64,000 bases of DNA. It comes from Deltaproteobacteria bacterium. GTDB taxonomy: Bacteria > Myxococcota_A > Polyangia > Fen-1088. Every line of letters begins with the position of its first letter. The stretch's first letter is position 1. This document shows positions 9,833-20,881 of this stretch, one piece after another. A model generated the notes under the pieces. It did not search any database and was not told the origin of the DNA. It saw only the letters and a list, made by a program, of their open reading frames with translations. Both the position numbers and the translations under genes were made by a program. Location of the stretch: contig JANRKS010000028.1 of assembly GCA_033763315.1 (NCBI GenBank), positions 32,001 to 96,000 on the forward strand, written 5' to 3'.

Positions 9833-9931
9833 GGGTCAGGGTCGCAAAATCGCTCACTTTTCTGCGTAAGAAAAGTGTGTTGTGTTTTTTGTGATCCGCA
9901 AAACCGCGTGGGTATTATCATCACGCCGCCC

Positions 9932-10810
9932 ATGTATTCTGTACAGAAGGTCTCCAACGTTCTAGGCGTGCCCGCGGATCGCCTGCGTTCGTACATGAAG
10001 GCCGGGTTTGTGACCCCGGCGCGTGACGAGGACGGAGAACTTCGTTTGTCGTTCCAGGATATGGTGTTGCTTCGTAAGGTGGAAGGGCTGTTGGGGCAGC
10101 AGATCCCGGCCAAGCGGGTGCACCAAGCCCTGCGCCGTCTGAAGCAAACGTTGGGCAGCACCCGGCCGCTGGCGGGTTTGAACCTCGATGTGGATGGCGA
10201 TCGTCTCATCGTGGACGAGGGCAACACGCGCTGGGATCCGACCTCGGGGCAGATGTTTTTGTCGTTCGCAGGCGGCGCACGAAAGCACTCGCAGGCCTCA
10301 GAGACCAACATCGCTCCTTTGGCACTGGCGCGCGAAGCCTCGGCGCAGGAGTCGCAAAAGCGAAAGAAGCTGCGCGGCGAACGCGGCCCGGACGGCCTGA
10401 CGGCGCACGAGCACTTCGAGCGCGGCTGTGGACTGGAAGAGCAAGACGCGGCGGCCGCGCGCGACGCCTACCAGGCGGCGATTGATTTGGATCCCGCGCA
10501 CGCAGACGCGCACATCAACCTGGGGCGACTGCTGCATGAATCAGGACACCCGGAGGCAGCACAGCTGCACTACCGCGTGGCTTTGACGGTGCGCCCCGAG
10601 GATCCCACCGCGTTCTTCAATTTGGGCGTGGCCCTCGAAGACACGGGCCGCCGTGCCGAGGCGGTGGAAGCCTATGAGTCGTCGATTGGCATCGACCCCT
10701 CCAACGCCGACGCCCACTACAATCTGGCGCGCTTGCTTGAACAATTGGGGCGCCCCGAAACAGCCGTCCGTCACCTGTTGATTTACCGCCAGCTGACGAA
10801 GCGCCGCTAG
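9932..10810 (+). CDS. MerR-type HTH + TPR repeat protein
   Basis: N-terminal YSVQKVSNVLGVPADRLRSYMKAGFVTP...LSFQD (MerR-like HTH); C-terminal TPRs (AHINLGRLL, AFFNLGVAL, AHYNLARLL). Confidence 0.85.
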   Translation: MYSVQKVSNVLGVPADRLRSYMKAGFVTPARDEDGELRLSFQDMVLLRKVEGLLGQQIPAKRVHQALRRLKQTLGSTRPLAGLNLDVDGDRLIVDEGNTRWDPTSGQMFLSFAGGARKHSQASETNIAPLALAREASAQESQKRKKLRGERGPDGLTAHEHFERGCGLEEQDAAAARDAYQAAIDLDPAHADAHINLGRLLHESGHPEAAQLHYRVALTVRPEDPTAFFNLGVALEDTGRRAEAVEAYESSIGIDPSNADAHYNLARLLEQLGRPETAVRHLLIYRQLTKRR

Positions 10811-10831
10811 CCGCGGCCACGCAGGCCTGCG

Positions 10832-11956
10832 ATGCAGGGCACATTCACTGAAAAGCACCTGCTGGGTTTGTGCGTGATTGCGCGCGATGAAGCGCACAAC
10901 CTGCCGCGGCTGCTGCACTCAGCGGCACCGTGGGTTGGCGAGATGGTTGTGGTGGACACGGGGTCAGTGGATGACACGGCCGCCGTGGCCACAGCGTTAG
11001 GCGCCCGCGTGGTTCACTCGCCCTGGCAGAACAGTTTTGCATTGGCCCGCAACGCTTCGCTGGACGCCGCCACGGCCCCCTGGGCGCTGGTGTTGGACGC
11101 AGACGAAGAGCTGGTGGTGACTGACGCCAAGGCATTCGCCCACGCTCTGCAAACCGTGCAGCATGCGTTCGCGTTGGACTGCCACGATCTGCGCGACGAT
11201 GGCTCATTTTCCGTGGCGCCCCTGCTGCGTTTGTTTCGTAACAAATCACCGTTGATGCGGTTCGAGGGCGCGGTTCATGAGCAACTTGTGGGCGTGGCGC
11301 GTGGCGGGGTGGGTGTCGCGCACGCGGCCTTTATGCACTTCCTTCACACCGGCCACACAAGCCAAGTGCTGGCGCAAAGGCATAAGGACCAGCGCAACCT
11401 GGATCTCGCGCGCGCGCAAGTGAGGCAAACGGCAGACGATCCCTTCGCGTGGTATTGCCTGGGCCAAGCGTTGCTCACGCAACCAACCCGGGAGCGCCAA
11501 GAGCAAGCCATCCTTGCTTTTGGCCAAGCCATGGGGCGATTGACGGCCGGCCACGAAGGCGAAGCGTATGTTGTTTCGTTGTTCTTGAGCCACGCACAAA
11601 CACTGTTGCAACTGCAACAGACTGACGAAGGGGTGGCGATCCTGAACGTGGCGTTGGCTGGATTTCCCGATAGCCCCGATCTGCGGTTGGCACGGGCGCG
11701 CGCGTACATGACGGCGGGCGATTATGCGCAAGCCGAGATTGATCTGCGGGCGTGCTTGGATGACAACGCAGCGGCCTTCTTCGTGCGGTTGAATCCCACG
11801 GCCACGGGTTACGAAGCGCGGCTGACGTTGGGACTGTGCTTGCTGCGCCAACAGCGTTGGAGCGAAGCTGAAGGCCATCTGCGCGCCGCAGCCGCCACTG
11901 CGCCTGCGGGAGACGAGCGCGCCAACGCGCTGCTTGGCACACTCAACTCACGATGA
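10832..11956 (+). CDS. Glycosyltransferase family 2 with TPR-like C-terminus
   Basis: CVIARDE, VVDTGSVD, FALARN, LDADE, FEGAVHE motifs; helical TPR-like tail. Confidence 0.88.
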   Translation: MQGTFTEKHLLGLCVIARDEAHNLPRLLHSAAPWVGEMVVVDTGSVDDTAAVATALGARVVHSPWQNSFALARNASLDAATAPWALVLDADEELVVTDAKAFAHALQTVQHAFALDCHDLRDDGSFSVAPLLRLFRNKSPLMRFEGAVHEQLVGVARGGVGVAHAAFMHFLHTGHTSQVLAQRHKDQRNLDLARAQVRQTADDPFAWYCLGQALLTQPTRERQEQAILAFGQAMGRLTAGHEGEAYVVSLFLSHAQTLLQLQQTDEGVAILNVALAGFPDSPDLRLARARAYMTAGDYAQAEIDLRACLDDNAAAFFVRLNPTATGYEARLTLGLCLLRQQRWSEAEGHLRAAAATAPAGDERANALLGTLNSR

Positions 11957-12441
11957 CAAACACGCAGCAACTCACGGTGGTGGCACGAAGCCCAAGCGAG
12001 ACCCAAATGTGGGCTGAGCGGTTGGGGCGCGCCATGGGCGCCGGGGACGTATTGGCACTGACGGGTGGATTGGGCAGCGGCAAAACCACGTTCTGCCAAG
12101 GCTTGGCACGCGGCCTCGACGTGGGCGCTGATCGCGCGGTGGCCAGCCCTACGTTTGCTCTGGTGAACATTCACCCTGGACGCGTCACCTTTGCGCACGC
12201 CGACCTCTATCGCCTTAAGAGCGAAGCTGAACTTGAAGAGCTGGGCCTCGACGAGGCGATGGAACAGGGCGCGGCCGCCATCGAGTGGGCCGAACGGTTT
12301 GCACAGGTGCTGCCAAGCGACCATTTGTCGCTGCTGTTGCTCGCCGACGAAGCAGGCGTGCGCACGCTGGTGTTTAAAGCTCACGGGCCACGGGCCGCGC
12401 GCCTGTTGGCGGCCTTAGGCCCAAGCGCCTCGGTTGTGTGA
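11953..12441 (+). CDS. tsaE: tRNA threonylcarbamoyladenosine biosynthesis ATPase TsaE
   Basis: GGLGSGKTTF Walker A, VASPTF, HADLYRL, IEW motifs. Confidence 0.95.
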   Translation: MTNTQQLTVVARSPSETQMWAERLGRAMGAGDVLALTGGLGSGKTTFCQGLARGLDVGADRAVASPTFALVNIHPGRVTFAHADLYRLKSEAELEELGLDEAMEQGAAAIEWAERFAQVLPSDHLSLLLLADEAGVRTLVFKAHGPRAARLLAALGPSASVV

Positions 12442-12456
12442 TCGCGCCCCGCAAGC

Positions 12457-12500
12457 ACAACAACGCCCCCGGCTCTTGCGAGGCGGAGGCGCGTTGTTGT
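12457..12500 (-). terminator. Hairpin between convergent tsaE and ompA-like genes (probable intrinsic terminator)
   Basis: ACAACAACGC (12457-12466) pairs with GCGTTGTTGT (12491-12500); on the minus strand the inner GC stem closes a GCAA loop. Confidence 0.55.
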
Positions 12501-12515
12501 CGCACTGACTGTTTA

Positions 12516-14045
12516 CTATTTCGTAATCAGTTTGAATTCGATGCGACGGTTTTGTTCGCGGCCCTTCTTGGTCGCGTTCGGAGCGATCGGCTGGTCAGGC
12601 CCGTAGCCTTTGCTCTCGATGCGGCTTGCATCGATGCCCGCCGAAACGAGGTACTCCTTCACGGAGTCGGCGCGATCATGTGACAGCTGCATGTTCTTCT
12701 CAGGTACGCCTTCAGAAGAGGTGTGGCCTGAGATTTCGATGCGCAGATCTGGGTAATCCTTCAGCACCTTGACGGCGCCCGCCAAGACTTTGAAAGAAGA
12801 CTTGGCGATGGCAGCCGAGTTCTTCTTGAACGTGATGCCCTGAATGACGCCCGTGAACTTTTGCACCTCTTTGGGAAGCTCGTCGGGGCAGCCGTCACCG
12901 TCTTGGAAGCCGTTTTTGGTTTCAAGTTCGGTGGGGCACTTGTCGTCAGCGTCCAGCACACCGTCGCCGTCGTTGTCGGGATCGGGACAGCCATCTTCAT
13001 CTTGGAAGCCATCGGCGTCTTCGGCCTCCGTGGGGCATTTATCAGCGGAGCCGAACAGACCATCTTTGTCTTCGTCGCTCTCAGGGCAGCCGTCTTGATC
13101 GTCAACGCCGTTCATGGTTTCGGCTTCAAGCGGGCACTTATCCACGCCATCGAGCACGCCATCGTTGTCGTTGTCAGGATCGGGGCAGCCGTCTTCGTCT
13201 TGGAAGTTATCGACGTCTTCCTTTTCCGTCGGGCATTGATCCTCTGGATCAAGCAAGCCGTCGCCGTCTGTGTCTGCAGGCGGGGGTGGCGGTGGGGGCG
13301 GTGGGGGCGGAGATCCACCGAACTTCACGCCAAGACCGGCCAACAACTCAAAGCTGGGTGTAACGCCGCCATCGTGCCAGTCGGGCAACCACGACGTGCG
13401 CGCGTCAAAGCGTGCAAGCAGCGTCTTCGAAATGTCCCACTTCATGCCGGCGCCGACGTGGAAGCCACCGTCCTTATCCTTCTCTTCAATGCCGCCCTTA
13501 ATGGCGCTGCCGTCCGTGTCGGCCACTTGGGCCAAATTCACACCGGCGAGCACGAAGGGACGGAAATCGCCCCACGTGGCCACGTGAGCCAGCAAGTGCA
13601 GGCGGTAGATCATGATGAAGGCAGCGATGTCGTCGCGGCGATCGGAGGTGGGAAGGCCCGAGACTTCGCTTTCAATCCCGATGGTCGGGAGGAAGTTCAA
13701 AGCCAAGCGCAAACCAAACTGACCCGAGAAATTGGGGCCACGCCCGGGGCTGTCGGCCACGCCCAGTTCCAGGTCCTTCGCCCACAGGTGATACCCCCCG
13801 AACAGCCCGAGTTCGACCTGCAGGCCACGCGGTTCACCACTGGGGGCGGCCGCGGCCGGCGGTGGAAGCTCGAGCGTCTTGTCCGCTTCGATGCTTTGGG
13901 CTGGAGTTGAAGCCGGAGCGGCAGGCGCTGCGGCGGGGTCTTCGACCGCAGGTGAAGCTGGCTCTTGGGCGTACGCCGTTGCGCCAACCCCCAACCAAAT
14001 TCCACAAGCGGCACTCAGGATGTTTCTTGATTTCGTCCGTTGCAT
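12516..14045 (-). CDS. OmpA-family outer membrane protein (beta-barrel, poly-Pro linker, TSP3 Ca-binding repeats, OmpA_C)
   Basis: Signal peptide, beta-strand region, PPPPPPPPPP linker, DxDxDG..D.CP repeats, IEISGHTS...NMQLSHDRA...NRRIEF. Confidence 0.92.
   Translation of the reverse strand: MQRTKSRNILSAACGIWLGVGATAYAQEPASPAVEDPAAAPAAPASTPAQSIEADKTLELPPPAAAAPSGEPRGLQVELGLFGGYHLWAKDLELGVADSPGRGPNFSGQFGLRLALNFLPTIGIESEVSGLPTSDRRDDIAAFIMIYRLHLLAHVATWGDFRPFVLAGVNLAQVADTDGSAIKGGIEEKDKDGGFHVGAGMKWDISKTLLARFDARTSWLPDWHDGGVTPSFELLAGLGVKFGGSPPPPPPPPPPPADTDGDGLLDPEDQCPTEKEDVDNFQDEDGCPDPDNDNDGVLDGVDKCPLEAETMNGVDDQDGCPESDEDKDGLFGSADKCPTEAEDADGFQDEDGCPDPDNDGDGVLDADDKCPTELETKNGFQDGDGCPDELPKEVQKFTGVIQGITFKKNSAAIAKSSFKVLAGAVKVLKDYPDLRIEISGHTSSEGVPEKNMQLSHDRADSVKEYLVSAGIDASRIESKGYGPDQPIAPNATKKGREQNRRIEFKLITK
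12879..13274 (-). repeat. Four tandem 99-bp (33-aa) thrombospondin type 3-like coding repeats in ABAB pattern
   Basis: DTDGDGLLD..CP..ED.D.FQDEDGCPDP / DNDNDGVLD..KCP...ET.NG..D.DGCP alternate twice. Confidence 0.85.
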
Positions 14046-14169
14046 TCCACGTCTCCCGATGGCTCTCTAGCGGTGCCAGTATATCGACGCAGCCGGCGCG
14101 CGGAAGTTTTCTTGACGCAAAAAGGCTTAAAGTTGCATACAGTCGCCTCACCTACACATTCGTGCAGTC

Positions 14170-15882
14170 ATGGGCGTTTCAGTTAGGGATCAAAGGCCGC
14201 CGGCGCGCCGCCCGGCGTGGCTGTGGCTGCTGACCTGCCTCAGTTGTTGTGCGGCTTCGCCAAACGTCGCCGCGAACGAGAATGTGGTGATCTCCATCGT
14301 GGGCACGAGCGATCTGCATGGGCACATCGAGGTGTTGCCCACGCTCGGCGGTTATGTGAAGAACCTGCGGGCCGCACGCAAGGCGGACGGCGGCGCGGTG
14401 TTGCTGGTGGATGCCGGGGACATGTTTCAGGGCACGCTGGCCTCCAACAGCACCGAAGGCCAAGTGGTGGTCCAGGCCTATAACGAACTGGGGTATGCAG
14501 CGGCCGCCGTGGGCAATCATGAGTTCGATTTTGGTCCTGTCGGCCCACGAGACAACGCCGGCGATTCGACCGACGACCCCCGCGGCGCTTTGCGGGCGCG
14601 CGCGGCCGAGGCTCGCTTTGCATTCCTGATGGCCAACGTAGTCGACGACGCCAAGGGCAAACCACTGACCGGGAAGAACCTGATGCCAAGTGTTTTGCTG
14701 AACGCTGCGGGCCTAAAGGTGGGCGTTGTGGGCGTGACGACGATCGACACACCCAAATCCACGTTGGCGGCGAACATTCAGGGTCTGCACATGCAACCGC
14801 TGGCGCTGGCCGTGGCCACCCAGGCACAAGCGTTGCGGCAGCGTGGCGCACGGATTGTGTTGGTGTTGGCGCACGCGGGAGGCTCGTGTCGCCGCTTTGA
14901 TGTTCCCACCGACATCGGTTCGTGTGCCACCGGCGCGGGAGACACCGAGATCTTCGATGTGGCGCGGGCCCTGCCCCGCGGTGCCGTTGACGCCATCGTT
15001 GCGGGCCACACCCATGCGGCCGTGGCTCACGAGGTTAACGGCATTCCCATCGTGCAATCCTATGCGCACGGGCGCGCGTTTGGACGCATCGATCTGGTGT
15101 GGGACGCGAGAGCCAAGCGCGTGCGGGAACACCATATCTTTCCCCCACAAAATTTGTGCAAAGGTCGCTCCGCGAAATCGCCCTCCGGGTGTGTTGCCTT
15201 CCCCTATGAAGGCCGCAAAGTCGAGCCCGATCTTGCGACGCAGAGATTGGCCGCGTCCGCTGAGAAACGGGTAAATGAAGTTTCGTCGCAACCGTTGGGC
15301 GCCACCGCCTCGGCCGCCTTCCAACGCGACTATGACGACGAATCGGCGTTGGGCAACCTGGTTGTGGATCTTATGCGTGCGGCGCGGCCTCAGGCCGACG
15401 TGGCTTTGACCAATGGCGGCGGCTTGCGCAGTGATCTGGCCGCGGGCCCGATCACGTACGGGCGGCTGTTTGAGGTTGTGCCGTTCGATAACACATTCGC
15501 TTTGGCCAGCGTGACCGGCAAACAACTGGCCGCAATGTTCGCTCACAACTTGAAAAGCAAAGGCGGCTTCCTATCACAATCGGGACTGCAGATCACATCG
15601 CGCTGCGAAGGTGCAAAGTTGCTTGTGCGGCTTGCAAGACCCGATGGAAAACCCATCGAAGAGGGCGAGACCCTTACGATGGTGACAAACAGCTTCTTGG
15701 CATCGGGAGGAGATGCTGCATTTGAAAAGCTGCCTTTCCAGGTGGAAGCCGCGCCGCCCTTGCGCGATGAACTCGTTAAAGTGATCGGCCAGCGAGGCGG
15801 TGTGATTGCGCCTTCAGAGTTCACCGCGCAACGACGCCACCAGTATCCGGGGCCGCGCCCCGTTCGCTGCCCGCAGAACTAA
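14170..15882 (+). CDS. Bifunctional metallophosphatase / 5'-nucleotidase
   Basis: TSDLHG, VDAGDMFQG, GNHEFD, AGHTH, NGGGLR, VPFDN motifs; N-terminal signal. Confidence 0.93.
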   Translation: MGVSVRDQRPPARRPAWLWLLTCLSCCAASPNVAANENVVISIVGTSDLHGHIEVLPTLGGYVKNLRAARKADGGAVLLVDAGDMFQGTLASNSTEGQVVVQAYNELGYAAAAVGNHEFDFGPVGPRDNAGDSTDDPRGALRARAAEARFAFLMANVVDDAKGKPLTGKNLMPSVLLNAAGLKVGVVGVTTIDTPKSTLAANIQGLHMQPLALAVATQAQALRQRGARIVLVLAHAGGSCRRFDVPTDIGSCATGAGDTEIFDVARALPRGAVDAIVAGHTHAAVAHEVNGIPIVQSYAHGRAFGRIDLVWDARAKRVREHHIFPPQNLCKGRSAKSPSGCVAFPYEGRKVEPDLATQRLAASAEKRVNEVSSQPLGATASAAFQRDYDDESALGNLVVDLMRAARPQADVALTNGGGLRSDLAAGPITYGRLFEVVPFDNTFALASVTGKQLAAMFAHNLKSKGGFLSQSGLQITSRCEGAKLLVRLARPDGKPIEEGETLTMVTNSFLASGGDAAFEKLPFQVEAAPPLRDELVKVIGQRGGVIAPSEFTAQRRHQYPGPRPVRCPQN

Positions 15883-15894
15883 AACAGCAAGCGG

Positions 15895-17997
15895 CTAAGA
15901 GACGGCTTCGATGAGGCGCTGCGCCGCCTCGATAGATTCGGTCGTGCCCGTGATCGCCAATACGTCGCCTTCGGACAAACGTTCGTGCCCCGTGGGCACC
16001 ACAATCGCACCACCTGCGCGCGTGATGGCCAGCACGGTTGCACCAGTGAGCCCGCGCAGGTTCAACTCAACCAACGTCTTGCCGATCGCCGGGCTGCGAG
16101 GTTTAACAGGCAAAGGCACGGGCGCGCCCAACCCTGGCAGGGACTGCTTAACAACGCTGAGGTTATCCATGGTGATATGCGTACCGCTTTGGTTGGGGTC
16201 GTGGTGCGGCTCGGTGCCTTGCGCCGCCAACACTTCAACGATCACCTGCGCGCCGGCCCGCACGTGCCCTTGCAGATTGGTGGCGCTTCGCCAGAAGGTG
16301 ATCCCCAGCACGGCCACCACCAACAAGAAGACCGCGGCGCCCTCAAAGCTGGGCAAGAACGGTTGGGTCACAGCCACCAGCGGCGCCCCAAACACCAACG
16401 CAACGGCTAGCTGCAAGGACACCACAAACGCGCGGCGAGGCGCCGCTGCCAGATCCAACTGCCCCTTGCCCGCACGAGGCAACGCGAGCTCGGCCAGTTC
16501 ACCCCCAATTGTGCGCGCCAAGCGAATGGCGCCTAAGCAAAACGGAGATCCAATCACCACCGCGACGGCCACAACAACGATGTGAGCCAACCAGACGTTG
16601 CCGTGCAGGAAGGGTGACACGCGTTGGACCAATGACTTTAACGAGAGGCTGGCGCCGATGATCACGGCGGCGAGAGCCACCACGTCCCCCAACATCAACG
16701 CCAAACGGCGACGCATGCGGCGGGCTGGCGTTTGCGGGCCGCGCGCGGGGGACGACAAGCGTTCGAACCATGTACCGTAAAGCGCGCAGAAAGTTTGCAA
16801 CGCCGGCGGCAGACGTTCGTAAAAACGCGCCGACGCCCGGCCTGAAGCTTTCACCAACAGCGGCGTCAACAACGTGGTGGCCACAGAAACGGAAACAACC
16901 ACCGGAAAGAGAAACGGCCGCACCACGCCCAGGGTGAGGCCCAACCCGACGAGGATGAAAGAGAACTCACCGATCTGCGCCATGCTCATGCCAGCCTGCA
17001 CAGATGTGCGGACGCTGTGGCCCGACAAGAACGACGCGACCGACACGGACAAGAGTTTGCCGGCAAGCACCACCGCGGTGAGCACCAGGACGGCGCCCCA
17101 ATTGGCGGTGACCAACTTTGGATCGATCAGCATGCCCACCGACACGAAGAAGATGGCGGCGAACATGTCGCGGATGGGTTTAACGAGCCTTTCCACGCGG
17201 TGGCCCGCACCACTTTCAGACACCAGGGAACCTGCCAAGAACGCGCCAAGTGCCACGGAATAACCGAATTTCTGCACCAACAACGCCATGGCGAAACACA
17301 GACCCACGCTGGCCACCAATGTTGTTTCGGAACGGCCGAGGCGCAGGATAAAACGCATCAGACGCGGCACCACCATCATGCCCACCACCAACAGCACCAC
17401 CAAGAAACCCAGCAGCTTGCCGGTGGTGGATGCCAACGTGCCCATCGTGTCGTTAACCGATCGCGCCTGCCCTGAAACCACGGCAGGCAGCGTGGCCAAC
17501 AACAAGATGGCGATGAGATCTTCGAAGATGAGCACGCCGAAGACAACTTCTTTGATGCGCTCATCGATCTTTTGCTCTTCGAAAGTCTTGGCGATGATCG
17601 TGGTGCTGGAGATCGACACGGCGGCCGCGGTTAACATCGCTTCGGCCGGGCTCCAGCCAAACAGCTTTGCGGTCACGAAACCAAGCCACAACATGGCGCT
17701 GACTTCGATGGCGGCCACGGCGGCGATGCCGATGCCCCGGCGCAGCAGCTTGCGGATGCTGAACTCAAGCCCGAGTGAAAACATCACCAGGATCACGCCG
17801 AGTTCTGAGAGCGTTTCGATGATGCCCTGGTCGGCGAACAGGGGCATCGGAAAATGGGGGCCCACAAGCAGGCCCGCCATCACATACCCAAGCACAACCG
17901 GTTGCTTGAGGCGCTGAAACAAGACGGTGGTGACGGCCGCCACGCAGAGGACCAGCGCTAGGTTGGTGAGGAAGACGTGAGGGCCGTGCACAGCCAA
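15895..17997 (-). CDS. CPA2 cation:proton antiporter with C-terminal TrkA-C (RCK_C) domain
   Basis: Many TM helices; [35 protein letters not shown]; C-terminal [11 protein letters not shown]...GATVLAITR. Confidence 0.92.
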   Translation of the reverse strand: MAVHGPHVFLTNLALVLCVAAVTTVLFQRLKQPVVLGYVMAGLLVGPHFPMPLFADQGIIETLSELGVILVMFSLGLEFSIRKLLRRGIGIAAVAAIEVSAMLWLGFVTAKLFGWSPAEAMLTAAAVSISSTTIIAKTFEEQKIDERIKEVVFGVLIFEDLIAILLLATLPAVVSGQARSVNDTMGTLASTTGKLLGFLVVLLVVGMMVVPRLMRFILRLGRSETTLVASVGLCFAMALLVQKFGYSVALGAFLAGSLVSESGAGHRVERLVKPIRDMFAAIFFVSVGMLIDPKLVTANWGAVLVLTAVVLAGKLLSVSVASFLSGHSVRTSVQAGMSMAQIGEFSFILVGLGLTLGVVRPFLFPVVVSVSVATTLLTPLLVKASGRASARFYERLPPALQTFCALYGTWFERLSSPARGPQTPARRMRRRLALMLGDVVALAAVIIGASLSLKSLVQRVSPFLHGNVWLAHIVVVAVAVVIGSPFCLGAIRLARTIGGELAELALPRAGKGQLDLAAAPRRAFVVSLQLAVALVFGAPLVAVTQPFLPSFEGAAVFLLVVAVLGITFWRSATNLQGHVRAGAQVIVEVLAAQGTEPHHDPNQSGTHITMDNLSVVKQSLPGLGAPVPLPVKPRSPAIGKTLVELNLRGLTGATVLAITRAGGAIVVPTGHERLSEGDVLAITGTTESIEAAQRLIEAVS

Positions 17998-18073
17998 AGT
18001 ATCCAGCGTTGGCCCGAGCGCGTCCAGGTTTTGCTATTGTGGCGCCAGTTACATACGGTCCCGCACCGGAGGA

Positions 18074-19786
18074 ATGAAAGTGCCCCACGATAAACCTGCC
18101 GCCTTGAACGAAACCAGCAGCTGGAACGCCCTGCAAGCCCACGCCCAGAAGTTGGGCCACACCAGCATGCGCGCGCTGTTTGCGGCGGAGCCCGACCGCG
18201 CCCAACGACTCAGCCTGGCGCTCGGCGGTTTTACCGTGGACTTCTCAAAGAACATCGTCACCGATGAAACGTTGCGGTTGCTGCGCGACCTGGCCCGTGA
18301 GGCCGGCGTTGAACGATTGCGCGACGCCATGTTCGCGGGCGAGAAGATCAACATCACCGAAGATCGGGCGGTGTTGCATGTGGCGTTGCGCAACCGTTCG
18401 AACCGGCCGATCGTGGTGGACGGCGAAGATGTGATGCCCCAGGTGAACGCCGCACTGGCGAAGATGAAGGTGTTCTCGGATCAAGTGCGGGCGGGCGGCT
18501 GGCTCGGGTTCACCGGCAAACCGATCAACACGATTGTGAACATTGGAATTGGTGGGTCGGATCTGGGCCCGGTTATGATCACCGAAGCGCTGAAGCCCTA
18601 TGCGAAGCGTGACTTGGCTGTGCACTTTGTTTCAAATGTCGACGGCGCGCACATTCAAGAGACGCTGCGGCTTTTGGATCCGCAAACGACTCTTTTCATC
18701 GTGGCGTCGAAAACGTTCACCACGCAAGAGACCATGCGCAACGCGCATACAGCCCGCCGTTGGTTCTTGGCGCAAGCCACGGATGAAGCGCACATCGCCA
18801 AGCATTTTGTGGCGCTTTCCACCAACAGCACGGAGGTGGCGAAGTTCGGCATTTCAACCAGCAACATGTTCGAGTTCTGGGACTGGGTGGGCGGCCGTTA
18901 TTCGTTGTGGTCCTCGATCGGTCTGCCCATCGCGCTGGCGGTGGGGTACGACAACTTCGAGCGATTGCTTGCAGGGGCACACGCGATGGACGAGCATTTT
19001 CGCACGGCGCCGCTCGAGAAAAATTTGCCCGCCACGTTGGCGTTGCTGGGCGTTTGGTACAACAACTTCATGAACGCCGATAGCCACGCGGTGTTGCCTT
19101 ATGACCAGTATCTGCACCGGCTGCCCGCTTACTTGCAGCAAGGCGACATGGAGAGCAACGGCAAGCGCGTGACACGGCAAGGGGCCGCCATCGCGTATCA
19201 AACGGGCCCGATCATTTGGGGCGAGCCTGGGACCAACGGCCAGCACGCGTTTTACCAATTGATTCACCAAGGCACGAAGCTGATCCCGTGCGACTTCATC
19301 GCGTCGATCGAGGCGCCTCATAGGCGGGGCGGCCTCACGCCGGCGCTGGCGTGCATTGAGGAGGATCTCAACGATCACCACGAAAAGCTGCTGGCCAACT
19401 GTTTTGCGCAATCGGAGGCGTTGATGCGCGGCAAAACGGAGGCGGAGGCGCGTGCTGAACTGGATGCCGAAGTGGCGGCGGGAAAGCTTTCAGGGGCCGC
19501 GCGAGATGCCTTGCTGCCGCACAAAGTGTTTCCTGGCAACCGGCCTAGCAACACGATCTTGTATCCAGCGCTCGATCCCTACACGCTGGGGCTTTTGGTG
19601 GCGCTTTACGAGCATAAGATCTTCGTGCAAGGCGCCGTGTGGAACGTGAACTCGTTCGATCAGTGGGGCGTTGAGCTGGGCAAGCAATTGGCCAAGGGCG
19701 TGTTAGCGGATCTGGGCACCAAAGCCACCACCACCAACCACGACAGTTCTACCAACGCGCTGATCAACGCCGCCAAAAGCGTGTGA
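18074..19786 (+). CDS. pgi: Glucose-6-phosphate isomerase
   Basis: [46 protein letters not shown]. Confidence 0.98.
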   Translation: MKVPHDKPAALNETSSWNALQAHAQKLGHTSMRALFAAEPDRAQRLSLALGGFTVDFSKNIVTDETLRLLRDLAREAGVERLRDAMFAGEKINITEDRAVLHVALRNRSNRPIVVDGEDVMPQVNAALAKMKVFSDQVRAGGWLGFTGKPINTIVNIGIGGSDLGPVMITEALKPYAKRDLAVHFVSNVDGAHIQETLRLLDPQTTLFIVASKTFTTQETMRNAHTARRWFLAQATDEAHIAKHFVALSTNSTEVAKFGISTSNMFEFWDWVGGRYSLWSSIGLPIALAVGYDNFERLLAGAHAMDEHFRTAPLEKNLPATLALLGVWYNNFMNADSHAVLPYDQYLHRLPAYLQQGDMESNGKRVTRQGAAIAYQTGPIIWGEPGTNGQHAFYQLIHQGTKLIPCDFIASIEAPHRRGGLTPALACIEEDLNDHHEKLLANCFAQSEALMRGKTEAEARAELDAEVAAGKLSGAARDALLPHKVFPGNRPSNTILYPALDPYTLGLLVALYEHKIFVQGAVWNVNSFDQWGVELGKQLAKGVLADLGTKATTTNHDSSTNALINAAKSV

Positions 19787-19814
19787 CCAGCGCGTGGGCG
19801 CCGGGGCGCATGGC

Positions 19815-20771
19815 TTAAACCAGCGTCTCGGCGAACTTCTCGAGCTTGCGGCCGTCCGCGTAGAACTTGCGAATGCCGTCCGATAGCTTGTCCACGGCCA
19901 TCGCATCCTCGTTATGCGCGAACCGATAAGCCTTTTCATCGAGGTGAACCTTCGGAACGTCTGCCTTCTTGGCCGCCGCGGGATCCAGGCGACGGGGCAA
20001 GGTGCCTTCCTTTTCCGACAAGGTGGCCAAAATGTCGGGGCTGATGGTCAGCAAGTCGCTGCCACACAGGCGCGTGACTTGTTCCACTTTGCGGAAGCTC
20101 GCGCCCATGACTTCGGTCTTGTAGTCGTATTTTTTGTAATACGTGTAGATGCGTTCAACAGAGGCCACGCCGGGATCCTCTTCGGGGGCGATGTCTTTTA
20201 CGCCGCGCTCTTTGAGGTAGTAATCGTAAATGCGGCCCACAAACGGCGAGATCAGCGTGACGCCCGCTTCGGCACAGGCCACCGCTTGCGCGAAGCTGAA
20301 CAACAGCGTGAGGTTGCAGTGAATGCCCTCTTTTTCCAGACGTTCAGCGGCTTTGATGCCTTCCCAAGTTGAACCAAGCTTGATCAAGATGCGGTTGCGA
20401 TCGATGCCGGCCTTGGCGTAAAGTGCGATGAGCTCGCGCGCTTTGGTCACCGAACCTTCGATGTCGAAGCTGAAGCTGGCATCCACTTCGGTGGACACGC
20501 GGCCGGGGATGATCTTCAAGATCTCGCAACCAAAGTTCACGGCCAATTTGTCCATGAAGGCGGTGGTACGCGCTGACTTGTCACCACTGATGGAGTTCGA
20601 GAACTTGAGCGCCTCGTCCACAAGCCCGCGGTATTGGGGCATCTGGGCGGCCTTCAACAGCAGCGAAGGGTTGGTGGTGGCGTCTTGCGGCTTGTGTTTG
20701 GCGATCGCTTCAATGTCGCCTGTATCGGCAACCACAACCGTGTGCTGTTTCAGTGATTCAAGCAGTGTCAT
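19815..20771 (-). CDS. tal: Transaldolase
   Basis: [50 protein letters not shown]; start trimmed to MTLLESLKQ. Confidence 0.97.
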   Translation of the reverse strand: MTLLESLKQHTVVVADTGDIEAIAKHKPQDATTNPSLLLKAAQMPQYRGLVDEALKFSNSISGDKSARTTAFMDKLAVNFGCEILKIIPGRVSTEVDASFSFDIEGSVTKARELIALYAKAGIDRNRILIKLGSTWEGIKAAERLEKEGIHCNLTLLFSFAQAVACAEAGVTLISPFVGRIYDYYLKERGVKDIAPEEDPGVASVERIYTYYKKYDYKTEVMGASFRKVEQVTRLCGSDLLTISPDILATLSEKEGTLPRRLDPAAAKKADVPKVHLDEKAYRFAHNEDAMAVDKLSDGIRKFYADGRKLEKFAETLV

Positions 20772-20881
20772 CGTGGGACTCCTCGGGCCTGCGGGCCCCC
20801 TGGGGGCGTGTGCTTTGTGTTCAGGGAACTTTAGCGGACGCGCCCGGCCGGGGGTAGCATGGGTGGTGCATTTGTGGCCCG

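Noticed and set aside
9780-9931. Replication origin
   Set aside because: Only one DnaA box, no box cluster and no dnaA/dnaN/gidA context.
12879-13274. Periodic DNA repeats as a possible CRISPR array
   Set aside because: They are in-frame 99-bp degenerate coding repeats with no unique spacers, and no cas genes are present.
12516-14045. TraB (outer membrane exchange) assignment for the barrel-TSP3-OmpA protein
   Set aside because: The architecture is similar, but no traA-like gene is adjacent and this domain combination is shared by many OmpA paralogues.
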